Position numbers and translations under genes: made by a program. From positions 62,001 to 126,000 of IMG/VR virus record IMGVR_UViG_3300047157_000197: a stretch of 64,000 nt of DNA, one strand, 5' to 3'. The notes beneath the pieces were generated by a model. It was given only the letters and a program-made list of their open reading frames with translations. It was not told where the DNA came from and did no database searches. Positions 1 through 8,928 of this stretch are shown piece after piece. Numbering within the stretch: the first letter of the stretch is position 1; each line of letters begins with the position of its first letter.

Positions 1-1
1 G

Positions 2-451
2 TTTGGTAAATTTTATCCAGACCAAGGAATTATAATTCTTAATCCATCTGCAGTTGAATCATCAATTGGTTCATCAATAGATAAAGATTCTAGTGATGGT
101 GGTGTATTAGGATATGGAATTTCTGCAGAAGCAAAAAATCATTTCTTATTATACAATGCAATTAAAGGTGGTGGAGATTTTGAAGCAAGAAGAACAGAAA
201 ACGTTTCTACTTCACATTACTTTATAAGAGCAACAAATAGAGAATTTAACTTTTCTAATAATCCATCATTTGTAACTGGTTCAGATAATTCATTTGTTGA
301 ATCATCTTTTGAAAAAGACCCAAAAACATTTATTACAACTATTGGATTATATAGTGATTCTAATGAAATGTTAGCAGTGGCTAAAACATCTCAACCAATT
401 GCTAAATCGTTTGATAAAGAAGTATTAATCAAAGTAAAACTTGATTTTTAA
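2..451 (+). CDS. 3' end of a baseplate/tail structural protein (partial, starts before window)
   Basis: Open frame 2 (FGKFYPDQGIIILNP...FITTIGLYSDSNEMLAVAKTSQPIAKSFDKEVLIKVKLDF*), stop TAA 449-451; C-terminus paralogous to next ORF; resembles tail-collar/baseplate 'IGLYD.DG..IAVAK' module. Confidence 0.6.
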   Translation, partial: FGKFYPDQGIIILNPSAVESSIGSSIDKDSSDGGVLGYGISAEAKNHFLLYNAIKGGGDFEARRTENVSTSHYFIRATNREFNFSNNPSFVTGSDNSFVESSFEKDPKTFITTIGLYSDSNEMLAVAKTSQPIAKSFDKEVLIKVKLDF

Positions 452-526
452 TAAATAACACAGAACGTTTGAGGTTGCAAACTTGAATGTTCACGAAAAA
501 ATTTAAAGAATGATATCATTTTTTAT

Positions 527-552
527 ACCCCACCACAAAGTGGGGTTTTTTG
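527..552 (+). terminator. Rho-independent terminator
   Basis: ACCCCAC-CACAAA-GTGGGGT stem-loop followed by T run. Confidence 0.85.
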
Positions 553-559
553 TTTCCAT

Positions 560-568
560 ATATTTATA
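560..568 (+). promoter_or_regulatory. ATATTTATA putative phage (late) promoter
   Basis: Motif recurs in nearly every intergenic gap; followed by GAGGAG SD and ATG 587. Confidence 0.65.
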
Positions 569-586
569 TAGAGGAGTAACAATATT

Positions 587-1726
587 ATGTTAAAAACAAT
601 TCCAAAATCAAATATAAACCAAAGAACTTTTAAAGTTCACAAAAAGTTTGTACAAACTGAGGCTACTAACCCAATATATGTTGGGGAGTTAGCAAGTGAT
701 GGTGCGTTTGAATCTTCTTCTGCAGCCACTACAAATGGAATATCTAATCATTCTTTATATGCATCAATAAAACATAAGTATTATAGAAATGATGGTAATA
801 TTTTTAATACATTTGGTAAATACAATAATTTAGGTTTAATTTCATTTGAAAGACAACTTGAAAATAAAATAAGAGTTATCTCAATTCCACAATCTAAGAG
901 AGGTTTGGGAATCAAACCAGGTAGTATTGAATTATTAGATACTAATACGGATATAATATATAGAGATACTGCAGATGGTACGATTTCATCAGATACACCA
1001 CAATATACTATAACTGATTTAGATTTTGGTACGGGAGACATAACAATATTAGATTCCGATAACGAAACCTTTACAGGTACTATTACCTCATTGGATTTAG
1101 AATCGGGTATATCAACAATGACATTTGATGGAGATACTAATATAGTAGATATTGTTTTAATAGATTTAGAAAATGGTATTTTAAAAACAGCAGCACCTTT
1201 AGAGTTTGAGGGATTAGAAATTGATGAACCAAGATTCGGTAATATATTTTACTCAGATGGTTTAATCGTTTTAGGAGATTCTACAAACATTGTTTCATAC
1301 AATTTAGAATATCGTTCAACAGAAACTATAACAGAACAAGAAGTTTTAATTACGGCTAAAGCAGGTGAATTCAATTATTCACAAAACCCATCGGCGGTAG
1401 AAGTTCAAGTTAGTGGTTCTTATGATTTTGTAACAACTGCAATACCAAATGTTTCTCCTGCAAGAACAAGAAAAATAACAGAATACAATGATATTAAACG
1501 AAGAGAATTTTATTCTGGTTCGATTAATCACTCAATAAGTGGTAGTTGGAATGACTATCATGAATCATCATCGATTGATAAAATAGGTTCATATTTATCA
1601 ACATACATAAGTACAATAGGATTATATGATACAGATGGTGATATGATTGCAGTAGCAAAATTACCAAAACCAATAAAAAATCTACCTAATTATGATGTAA
1701 ACTTTATAGTTAGATTTGACGTATAA
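587..1726 (+). CDS. Baseplate/tail structural protein
   Basis: 379 aa; C-terminal YISTIGLYDTDGDMIAVAKLPKPIK module shared with upstream ORF; SGS-rich. Confidence 0.5.
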   Translation: MLKTIPKSNINQRTFKVHKKFVQTEATNPIYVGELASDGAFESSSAATTNGISNHSLYASIKHKYYRNDGNIFNTFGKYNNLGLISFERQLENKIRVISIPQSKRGLGIKPGSIELLDTNTDIIYRDTADGTISSDTPQYTITDLDFGTGDITILDSDNETFTGTITSLDLESGISTMTFDGDTNIVDIVLIDLENGILKTAAPLEFEGLEIDEPRFGNIFYSDGLIVLGDSTNIVSYNLEYRSTETITEQEVLITAKAGEFNYSQNPSAVEVQVSGSYDFVTTAIPNVSPARTRKITEYNDIKRREFYSGSINHSISGSWNDYHESSSIDKIGSYLSTYISTIGLYDTDGDMIAVAKLPKPIKNLPNYDVNFIVRFDV

Positions 1727-1738
1727 TTAAAAAAAGTT

Positions 1739-1747
1739 ATATTTATA
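1739..1747 (+). promoter_or_regulatory. ATATTTATA putative promoter
   Basis: Intergenic copy, followed by AGGAG and ATG 1767. Confidence 0.6.
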
Positions 1748-1766
1748 TAAAATAGGAGAAAACATT

Positions 1767-1982
1767 ATGGCATATCAAATTTTAAACATTGATAAAACAG
1801 TACAAGAGGATAATTTAGAATTATCAGAAGAGCAATTACAAGCATACCGCGATTCTGCAGAATTAAATTATTACATTTACGACAGTTATGAAGGAGAGAG
1901 TGACATCTTTTCCGTACTTTTAGAAGAAAAAGGTGAAGAAGGTTGTGCAGATATACGAATCATTAAATTAATAGAAGAATAA
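1767..1982 (+). CDS. Small acidic hypothetical protein
   Basis: 71 aa, about 19 D/E vs 5 K/R; SD AGGAG. Confidence 0.65.
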   Translation: MAYQILNIDKTVQEDNLELSEEQLQAYRDSAELNYYIYDSYEGESDIFSVLLEEKGEEGCADIRIIKLIEE

Positions 1983-1986
1983 AATT

Positions 1987-2193
1987 ATGGCAGCAATATA
2001 CAACATTAAAGACATAGACGGAAACATCATATCAGAGAATGTTTCAATAGAAGATATCAACGCTATTTTTGAAGGAGACCAAATAAATCTTTTTTGGGAT
2101 GACGAAGGTTTAGCTGAAAGATTAAAAGATTCAGAAGATGATACTTCAAACGTACAATTAATTTCAACAATTGTTGAAGAAGACGAAGAATAA
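1987..2193 (+). CDS. Small acidic hypothetical protein
   Basis: 68 aa, about 20 D/E vs 3 K/R; N-terminus resembles previous ORF. Confidence 0.65.
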   Translation: MAAIYNIKDIDGNIISENVSIEDINAIFEGDQINLFWDDEGLAERLKDSEDDTSNVQLISTIVEEDEE

Positions 2194-2198
2194 TCTAA

Positions 2199-2378
2199 AT
2201 GGCATCAATCGAAGATTTATACAAAGGTTCTGATTTTTCTAAACTACCAAACAAAAATGGAGATAAAACTCCTGTTGAATTGGATGGTGGTAAAGACCTA
2301 AGACAAGAATCAAAGTTAGAAAAAGCCAGAGGTGGTAAATTAAACCTTAAAAAATATTCAGATTCAATAGAACGATAA
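2199..2378 (+). CDS. Small hypothetical protein (not in ORF track)
   Basis: MASIEDLYKGSDFSKLPNKNGDKTPVELDGGKDLRQESKLEKARGGKLNLKKYSDSIER*, 59 aa, fills the gap with + strand codon bias. Confidence 0.65.
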   Translation: MASIEDLYKGSDFSKLPNKNGDKTPVELDGGKDLRQESKLEKARGGKLNLKKYSDSIER

Positions 2379-2388
2379 ATTTCTAAAT

Positions 2389-2970
2389 TTGAGTTTATTA
2401 ATAAATCACCAATTAAAATGGGCATTCGTGCACATTCCAAAAACAGGTGGAACTTCAATTACAAGTATTTTATTAAAGGATGAAAACACCGAACAAATTT
2501 CGGTGCATGATTCCTTGCGATTGTTGGATTGTGATAATTCTTATTATATTTTTTCAATGGTAAGAAATCCGTTTACACGAATTTGTAGTGCGTTTGAAGA
2601 TGAATATAGAAAAGGAAACACTAAACATGATTTTGGTTATTACTTAAAAAATGTAGACCCAACCAATGTTTGGTTGTTACCACAAAGTTATTTTATCACT
2701 GCGGGAGAAACACAACATAAAAAAGTTTCATTTATAGGTAGATATGAGAACTATGTAAACGATTGCAACAAAATTTTTAACAAACTAAATTATATAAATA
2801 AACTTCCGCATCTTAACCGAAATCCCATATACGATAGACATTCAAATTTAAATCAAGAACAGTATTATAGTAAAATATATTACACAGAAGATTGGATGAA
2901 GGAATGGGTAATAGAAAGGTATCAAGATGATTTCAAAATATTTAACTATGACATGGACTTACCAAGGTAG
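2389..2970 (+). CDS. Sulfotransferase (Sulfotransfer_2-like)
   Basis: 5'-PSB motif FVHIPKTGGTSI and 3'-PB motif FSMVRNPFTRICSAF. Confidence 0.8.
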   Translation: MSLLINHQLKWAFVHIPKTGGTSITSILLKDENTEQISVHDSLRLLDCDNSYYIFSMVRNPFTRICSAFEDEYRKGNTKHDFGYYLKNVDPTNVWLLPQSYFITAGETQHKKVSFIGRYENYVNDCNKIFNKLNYINKLPHLNRNPIYDRHSNLNQEQYYSKIYYTEDWMKEWVIERYQDDFKIFNYDMDLPR

Positions 2971-3409
2971 AGTAATAAATGAACTACATGATATGCCAGA
3001 AGGTACACATGGGTTTATATACAAAATAACAAATGGATTAACTGGTGAATATTACATCGGTAAAAAACAAGTAACATCTACTCGTAAGAGAAAGTTTGGT
3101 AAAAAAGAGATTGCTAAATTAACTGATAAGAGAATGAAGCGATATGAAATGGTTACCAAAGAATCTAAATGGCAAGATTATCGTTCTTCAAATAAAACTG
3201 TTAGTGGTTGGTTTGATAAAGATGGAAGACCGAATCCAACTTCTAATGATAAACTTGAATTAAAAATACTTAAATTTTGTGGAAATAAGAAATCTTTAAC
3301 TTATTATGAGTTACAAGAACAGTTTTCACATAATGTATTGGGGGATGAACTATCTCTGAACGATAATCTTTTAGGTAAATTTTTTAGAAAAGATTTGGAT
3401 ATTACATAA
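2948..3409 (+). CDS. GIY-YIG family nuclease
   Basis: GFIYKITNGLTGEYYIGKK motif; probable start ATG 2948 (MTWTYQG) within track ORF 2927-3409. Confidence 0.7.
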   Translation: MTWTYQGRVINELHDMPEGTHGFIYKITNGLTGEYYIGKKQVTSTRKRKFGKKEIAKLTDKRMKRYEMVTKESKWQDYRSSNKTVSGWFDKDGRPNPTSNDKLELKILKFCGNKKSLTYYELQEQFSHNVLGDELSLNDNLLGKFFRKDLDIT

Positions 3410-3425
3410 ATTTTTCGTATATTTA
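3394..3425 (+). promoter_or_regulatory. Bacteroidota-type sigma70 (early) promoter upstream of primase
   Basis: TTTG (3394-97), 20-nt spacer, TATATTTA (3418-25), close to Bacteroidota -33 TTTG / -7 TAnnTTTG; near-identical copy at 18825-18856. Confidence 0.6.
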
Positions 3426-3445
3426 CAATGTTTTATAGGTAAATT

Positions 3446-4390
3446 ATGCTTTCACATCACGAGAAACAACAAGTTATAACAATATTAGATGAGGTATTAG
3501 GACCAGGTACATCTATGAAAAATGATGAACAGGCACACTTCTGTCCATTTTGTCATCATCATAAGAAAAAGTTACAAGTTAATATTAAAACACAATATTG
3601 GCATTGTTGGGTATGTGATGCAAAAGGTAGAAAGATACAGAGATTATTAAAAAGACTTCATGTAGATTCTCGTAAACAGAAAAAGTTATTTGAAATCTAT
3701 GGTGATGATTATATAGTTTACAATAAAGATACTGTTGATGAAAGAGTAGAGTTACGATTACCGAGTGAATTTAAATCACTTTTAAAAGTACCAACAGGTA
3801 AAGTAAAACCTGTTTATAGAAAGGCTCTCAAGTATGTTGAAGAAAGGGGTATTACTAAAGAAGATATTACGAGATATAATATCGGTTATTGTGATACTGG
3901 TATGTATTCCAATCGTATTATTATTCCTTCCTATGATTTGGATAATAGACTTAATTACTTCATTGCACGTTCTATACACGCTGAAGAAAAGTTTAAATAC
4001 AAGAATCCACCAGTTTCAAAAAATGTTATTATGTTTGAAAATCAAATAAATTGGAATGAACCAATAACCTTAGTAGAGGGTGCATTTGATGCAATTGCAG
4101 TAAAACGAAACGTAATACCAATATTAGGTAAATTTATTCCTAACAAATTAAATAATGCTATATTTAAAAATGAAGTAAAAAGTATCAATATCTTACTAGA
4201 TGAAGATGCTCAACAACAAGCGTTACGTTATACTATGCAATTTAGTAATCAAGGTATTTCTACAAAAAATATAATTCCAACAGATAAAGATGCATCTGAA
4301 ATGGGTTTCTCTAAAATTAATTCAAAATTAAAAAAAACAGAGGAAACTGATTTTGGTGACATCATATCACAAAAATTAAAAGGCATATGA
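3446..4390 (+). CDS. DNA primase (DnaG/T4 gp61-like)
   Basis: Zn finger CPFC...HCWVC, TOPRIM LVEGAFD and LLDEDA. Confidence 0.9.
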   Translation: MLSHHEKQQVITILDEVLGPGTSMKNDEQAHFCPFCHHHKKKLQVNIKTQYWHCWVCDAKGRKIQRLLKRLHVDSRKQKKLFEIYGDDYIVYNKDTVDERVELRLPSEFKSLLKVPTGKVKPVYRKALKYVEERGITKEDITRYNIGYCDTGMYSNRIIIPSYDLDNRLNYFIARSIHAEEKFKYKNPPVSKNVIMFENQINWNEPITLVEGAFDAIAVKRNVIPILGKFIPNKLNNAIFKNEVKSINILLDEDAQQQALRYTMQFSNQGISTKNIIPTDKDASEMGFSKINSKLKKTEETDFGDIISQKLKGI

Positions 4391-5529
4391 TTCATGTAAT
4401 ACCACATCATATTGGAAAGGGTTCATACGCTGCTTGGTATGATATTATTGATTTTCAATCATCAACTCAAGAAGTTACTTTTCATAAGTTTGATACTAAA
4501 AATTTAATTGAAGATAAAAATATTATAGATGAACAACCACCTAATGATAATTATTTTAAATTATTACAATCTCATATAGAAGAAATAAAACCAAATATAA
4601 ACGATTGGATTGTATGTGATTTTCAGTATTTAAATTATGAAAACTTTCCAGATGCAGAGGTAACTGAGTTAGCAAAAAAATATCAAGTTAAGTTAGTGTT
4701 TATAGATGATGATAATTATCAGTCGTATAAAGATACTGAATATTTTACATATCATTCTAATAAATTTTATTTATTAGATGAAACTAAGGTTTTTAATTAT
4801 TACAGATATAGAATTTCTCATACTGAATTTTATAAAAATTTAGATAACATATTAACACCTTATGTAGAAAATATAAGAGAAAAAAAATTAAATATGTTTA
4901 TAGGAGTTGACAAACCAGAACGATTTGAGGTATTTAAACATACATATAATATTGGATTAGATAAAGATTCATATTTGGCATATAGTGGGTTTTCAAGTAC
5001 ATATTCTGATAATGATATATCGAGTGATTTGTTAAAATGGAAAAAACAACATATACCAAAAATATTAGATACACCATTTGAAGTAAGTTGTCATGGTGGA
5101 GTAAATCCAGATATACCACCATTACCATATTGTATGAATAGTTATGTTTCTTGTGTATTGGAAACACAACTCTTAATTGATATAGATGAAACAGAAATTC
5201 ATTTAAGTGAAAAAAGTTGGAATCCTTTTGCTTCTTTTAATATTCCTCTTTTATTATGTGCATATGGAACTCGAAAATATTTAAAAAGAAGAGGATTTTG
5301 GCTTGCAGATGATTTATTTGATGTAAGTGAAAAAACAACACAAAGAGGCATAATTGAACAATTTAAATCCAATTTAGATATTGTAAATAATATGTCTAAC
5401 TTAGAATTAAGAGAATACTATATGAAGCACATAACTCATTTAGATAGAAATTATAATAAATTAATGAATCAATCTTTTACATTTAATAAATTAAATTACA
5501 TTCAACCTAAATTTAAAAGTAATATTTAA
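4387..5529 (+). CDS. Putative glycosyltransferase-like protein (ET...SEK..P family, paralog 1 of 4)
   Basis: VLETQ...LSEKSWNPFASFNIPL...LKRRGF motif shared with 27461, 31031, 34725. Confidence 0.45.
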   Translation: MIHVIPHHIGKGSYAAWYDIIDFQSSTQEVTFHKFDTKNLIEDKNIIDEQPPNDNYFKLLQSHIEEIKPNINDWIVCDFQYLNYENFPDAEVTELAKKYQVKLVFIDDDNYQSYKDTEYFTYHSNKFYLLDETKVFNYYRYRISHTEFYKNLDNILTPYVENIREKKLNMFIGVDKPERFEVFKHTYNIGLDKDSYLAYSGFSSTYSDNDISSDLLKWKKQHIPKILDTPFEVSCHGGVNPDIPPLPYCMNSYVSCVLETQLLIDIDETEIHLSEKSWNPFASFNIPLLLCAYGTRKYLKRRGFWLADDLFDVSEKTTQRGIIEQFKSNLDIVNNMSNLELREYYMKHITHLDRNYNKLMNQSFTFNKLNYIQPKFKSNI

Positions 5530-5538
5530 AATCATTTT

Positions 5539-8500
5539 ATGGTTATAAACAAAGTTTACCACCTTGCAGATTTACACATTAGAAATCTACAAAGACATAA
5601 AGAATACAAATTGGTATTCAAAAAATTCCTAAAAAAAGTTAAAGAAGATAAAATTGAGGATTCCCTCATTTATATTGCTGGTGATATTGCTCATGCTAAA
5701 ACTGAGATGTCACCCGAACTTGTACACGAAATAAGTTGGTTTCTCACCGAGTGTGCAAAGTTAAGAGAAACTGTGTTAATCACAGGTAACCACGATTGTA
5801 ATTTAAATAATTCCCACAGACTCGATGTTCTTACACCTATTATCGAAAATCTTGGAAATGATAGAATTCATTATCTTCGTGATACTGGTATTTACAATAT
5901 CCATAATCTTACTTTCTGTGTCTATTCTATATTGGATGATAAAGAAAATTGGCCTAAAGGAAATACCGTTGATGGAGAAAATACAATCTGTCTTTTTCAT
6001 GGACCAGTAAACAAAGCTCAAACAGATATTGGCTATACCGTTTCTTCAAATTCATTTCAAGTAAATATGTTTGATGGATTCGATATGGCCATGTTGGGTG
6101 ATATTCACAAACGACAAACGTTTGGAGATGGGTACGAACAAGTTGCTTATGCGGGTTCTATGATTCAACAAAATCATGGAGAGTTGTTAGAAAATCATGG
6201 TTATTTACTTTGGGATATACCAACACGAACTTTTACAGAACATCATATTCATAACGATTATGGATTCCTAACAGTTGATGTTGTTGATGGTAAAATACCT
6301 CAATGGGTTTATGATGAAGTTGGTGTAAAACTTCCAAAACACCCAAGATTAAGATTACGATTTACAAGGACTGAAGCTTCTGACATGAAAAGAAGAATAA
6401 CTGAACTAAAGAAGTTATTCAAAGTTGCTGAAGTTACTGTAACTAGAACTGATACAATTGGACAATTAAAAACAAATCAAAAGGTAAACAAAAACATTGT
6501 TGGTAACGTTAAAGATGAAACGTTTCAAAACCAATTAATCAGAGATTACTTAGAAAGACAATATCTTTTAGAAGATGAGGAATTAGATAAGATAGCAGAA
6601 ATAAATAAAGAACTTAACGGACATATTGATGATTCCGATTCAATGGGTAATATTTTATGGACACCAAAAGAATTTAAGTTTTCTAATATGTTTTCATATG
6701 GTGAAGATAATTTGATTAGATTCGATAAAGCACAAGGTGTTATGGGTATCTTTGCTCCAAACGCAAGTGGTAAATCATCTTTATTTGATGCATTATCTTT
6801 TTGTATATACGATAAAACTTCTCGTACCAATTCTTCAAAAAACATATTAAACAATAGAAAAGAAAACTTTTATTGTAAGTTTCATTTTGAAATAGATGGG
6901 GTTTCATATTTCATCGAGAGAACTGCTAAATGGACAAGAAAGAAATCTAACCTCAAAGTAGATGTAAACTTCTGGAAAGAGGATGCTGGCGTGATACAAT
7001 CACTTAATGGTGAACAACGTAGAGAAACTAATAAAAACGTTGAAAAATACTTAGGTAAATTTGAAGATTTTGTTTTAACTACTCTTTCTTTACAAGGAAA
7101 CAATGCACTCTTTATAGATAAATCACAATCTGAACGAAAGGAAATCTTATCTCAATTTATTGGAGTAGATATCTTTGATAAATTATATCAGAAGGCAGCA
7201 GATGAAAATAGAGATAATGCAACACTCATCAGAAAATTCAAGTCCGATGATTTTACTCAAAAACTAGCGGACATCGACGTTGATTTAAAAGAAAATAAAA
7301 ACCTCTACAAATTAACGGATTTAAATCAAAAAACATTAAAAGATGAAGAAGAAGTTTTTAATAAAAAGATTATATCCCTAAATGAAAAGATTGTAAAGTT
7401 AAATGCAGATAGTGGAGTATCTATCGAAGAACTTGAAAAACGATTAAAATTACTCGAAACGAAACGAGATACAATTCAATCGGATAAAAAATCTACACAA
7501 GATAGAATTACCCATAGAGAAGAATTACAAATCACTTTAGATGAAATCGTTGATAAATTTGATGAAGAAGAATTAGAAGATGGTATTGGTAAATTAAAAG
7601 ATTCGAAGGATAAACTAAGAGATATTGAATCTACAATTGATAAAATCAATATCAAAAAAGAATCTTTATATGAAAGAAAAGACCACTTAGATAAACACAA
7701 ATATAATGAAGAGTGTGATATTTGTATGGAAAATTCAGAAACGATTCTACAACAAAAAGAAAAGGTAGAAGCTGATATATCTCAATATCAAGAATTATTT
7801 TCAGATAATGATAAGACAAGATTACAATTGATGTTGGTGATTGATTCTTTAAAAGGATATGAAGATGAATGGAAAAATTACTTAGATGCAAAAGATAAAG
7901 AAGATAAGATTGATAGAGAGATATCACAACTTATTAACAAGTTATCAACAATTGAAACTGAGGAATTACGAAATAAACAACAAATTGCCCAACAAGACCA
8001 ACTTATAAAGGAATATTATAAGAATGAAAAACAAATTATAAAGAATAAAGAGATACGAACCGAAATACAATCGGTTAGAGAAAACTTGAATGTTACTAAA
8101 GATGATTTAAGAAAAGTAAATACTGATGTTCTTAAATTAAACGGTAAAGTATCAGCATTACAGAACCAAAAGGAAACTATTGAAGATAGAATTCACGAAG
8201 TAAAAGGGTTAGAAGAACAATCTAAATTATTTGATTTCTATCTAAACGCATTATCTAAAGATGGTGTATCATATGAGTTGATTGAAAAATCTCTACCAAT
8301 GATTGAAGGTGAGGTAAACAATATCCTTGCACAAATCGTTGAATTTGGAATGCAGTTAGAAATGGAAGGTAAAAACATTAACGCTTATTTAGTGTATGGA
8401 GACCAGAGATGGAGTTTAGAAATGTGTAGTGGAATGGAAAGATTCATTAGTGGATTGGCAATTCGAGTTGCACTTATAAATGTATGTAACCTACCAAGAC

Positions 8501-8697
8501 CCAATTTCCTTGTGATAGATGAAGGATTTGGTACTTTAGATAGTGAGAACTTACAATCCCTTTTTATGTTGTTCACATACCTTAAAACTCAATTTGATTT
8601 CGTAATGGTGATATCACACATTGACTCGATGAGAGATGTTTCAGATGGATTGATTGAGATTAAAAAAGAAAATGGATTCTCAAATGTTAAGTTTTAG
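5539..8697 (+). CDS. Mre11/SbcD nuclease - Rad50/SbcC ATPase fusion (gp47-gp46-like)
   Basis: DLHI, GD, GNHD, HG, GDIH phosphoesterase motifs; Walker A APNASGKSS, zinc hook CDIC, signature CSGME, Walker B LVIDEG, H-loop ISH. Confidence 0.92.
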   Translation: MVINKVYHLADLHIRNLQRHKEYKLVFKKFLKKVKEDKIEDSLIYIAGDIAHAKTEMSPELVHEISWFLTECAKLRETVLITGNHDCNLNNSHRLDVLTPIIENLGNDRIHYLRDTGIYNIHNLTFCVYSILDDKENWPKGNTVDGENTICLFHGPVNKAQTDIGYTVSSNSFQVNMFDGFDMAMLGDIHKRQTFGDGYEQVAYAGSMIQQNHGELLENHGYLLWDIPTRTFTEHHIHNDYGFLTVDVVDGKIPQWVYDEVGVKLPKHPRLRLRFTRTEASDMKRRITELKKLFKVAEVTVTRTDTIGQLKTNQKVNKNIVGNVKDETFQNQLIRDYLERQYLLEDEELDKIAEINKELNGHIDDSDSMGNILWTPKEFKFSNMFSYGEDNLIRFDKAQGVMGIFAPNASGKSSLFDALSFCIYDKTSRTNSSKNILNNRKENFYCKFHFEIDGVSYFIERTAKWTRKKSNLKVDVNFWKEDAGVIQSLNGEQRRETNKNVEKYLGKFEDFVLTTLSLQGNNALFIDKSQSERKEILSQFIGVDIFDKLYQKAADENRDNATLIRKFKSDDFTQKLADIDVDLKENKNLYKLTDLNQKTLKDEEEVFNKKIISLNEKIVKLNADSGVSIEELEKRLKLLETKRDTIQSDKKSTQDRITHREELQITLDEIVDKFDEEELEDGIGKLKDSKDKLRDIESTIDKINIKKESLYERKDHLDKHKYNEECDICMENSETILQQKEKVEADISQYQELFSDNDKTRLQLMLVIDSLKGYEDEWKNYLDAKDKEDKIDREISQLINKLSTIETEELRNKQQIAQQDQLIKEYYKNEKQIIKNKEIRTEIQSVRENLNVTKDDLRKVNTDVLKLNGKVSALQNQKETIEDRIHEVKGLEEQSKLFDFYLNALSKDGVSYELIEKSLPMIEGEVNNILAQIVEFGMQLEMEGKNINAYLVYGDQRWSLEMCSGMERFISGLAIRVALINVCNLPRPNFLVIDEGFGTLDSENLQSLFMLFTYLKTQFDFVMVISHIDSMRDVSDGLIEIKKENGFSNVKF

Positions 8698-8851
8698 AAA
8701 CTCTTAAAACATTTTTAGGTTTAGGTTGATTAATTCTTTGTTTTATCAATCGTTCAATTAATCCTGCTTTAGAATACCCATTCTCACAACAGTAATCGTG
8801 TAATTCCTTATATAACTCTCGTTTAACTTGTATTGTAGTGTATTTTCCCAT
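8687..8851 (-). CDS. Ribbon-helix-helix DNA-binding protein (not in ORF track)
   Basis: MGKYTTIQVKRELYKELHDYCCENGYSKAGLIERLIKQRINQPKPKNVLRVSKT*, 54 aa; alternating TTIQV strand, helix, G-x-S, helix pattern. Confidence 0.7.
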   Translation of the reverse strand: MGKYTTIQVKRELYKELHDYCCENGYSKAGLIERLIKQRINQPKPKNVLRVSKT

Positions 8852-8874
8852 AATCTATATAATTCTATATAATA

Positions 8875-8907
8875 TATATTTATAAATATATTTAGATAAT
8901 ATTTATA
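8875..8907. promoter_or_regulatory. Bidirectional ATATTTATA promoter region
   Basis: Perfect palindrome TATATTTATAAATATA (8875-8890) holds the motif on both strands; further + copy at 8899-8907. Confidence 0.6.
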
Positions 8908-8928
8908 TAAGAAAACAAGGAATCTTAT

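Noticed and set aside
2948-3409. Intron-encoded or mobile homing endonuclease
   Set aside because: No interrupted host gene or intron structure around it and no C-terminal DNA-binding repeats; left as a free-standing GIY-YIG nuclease
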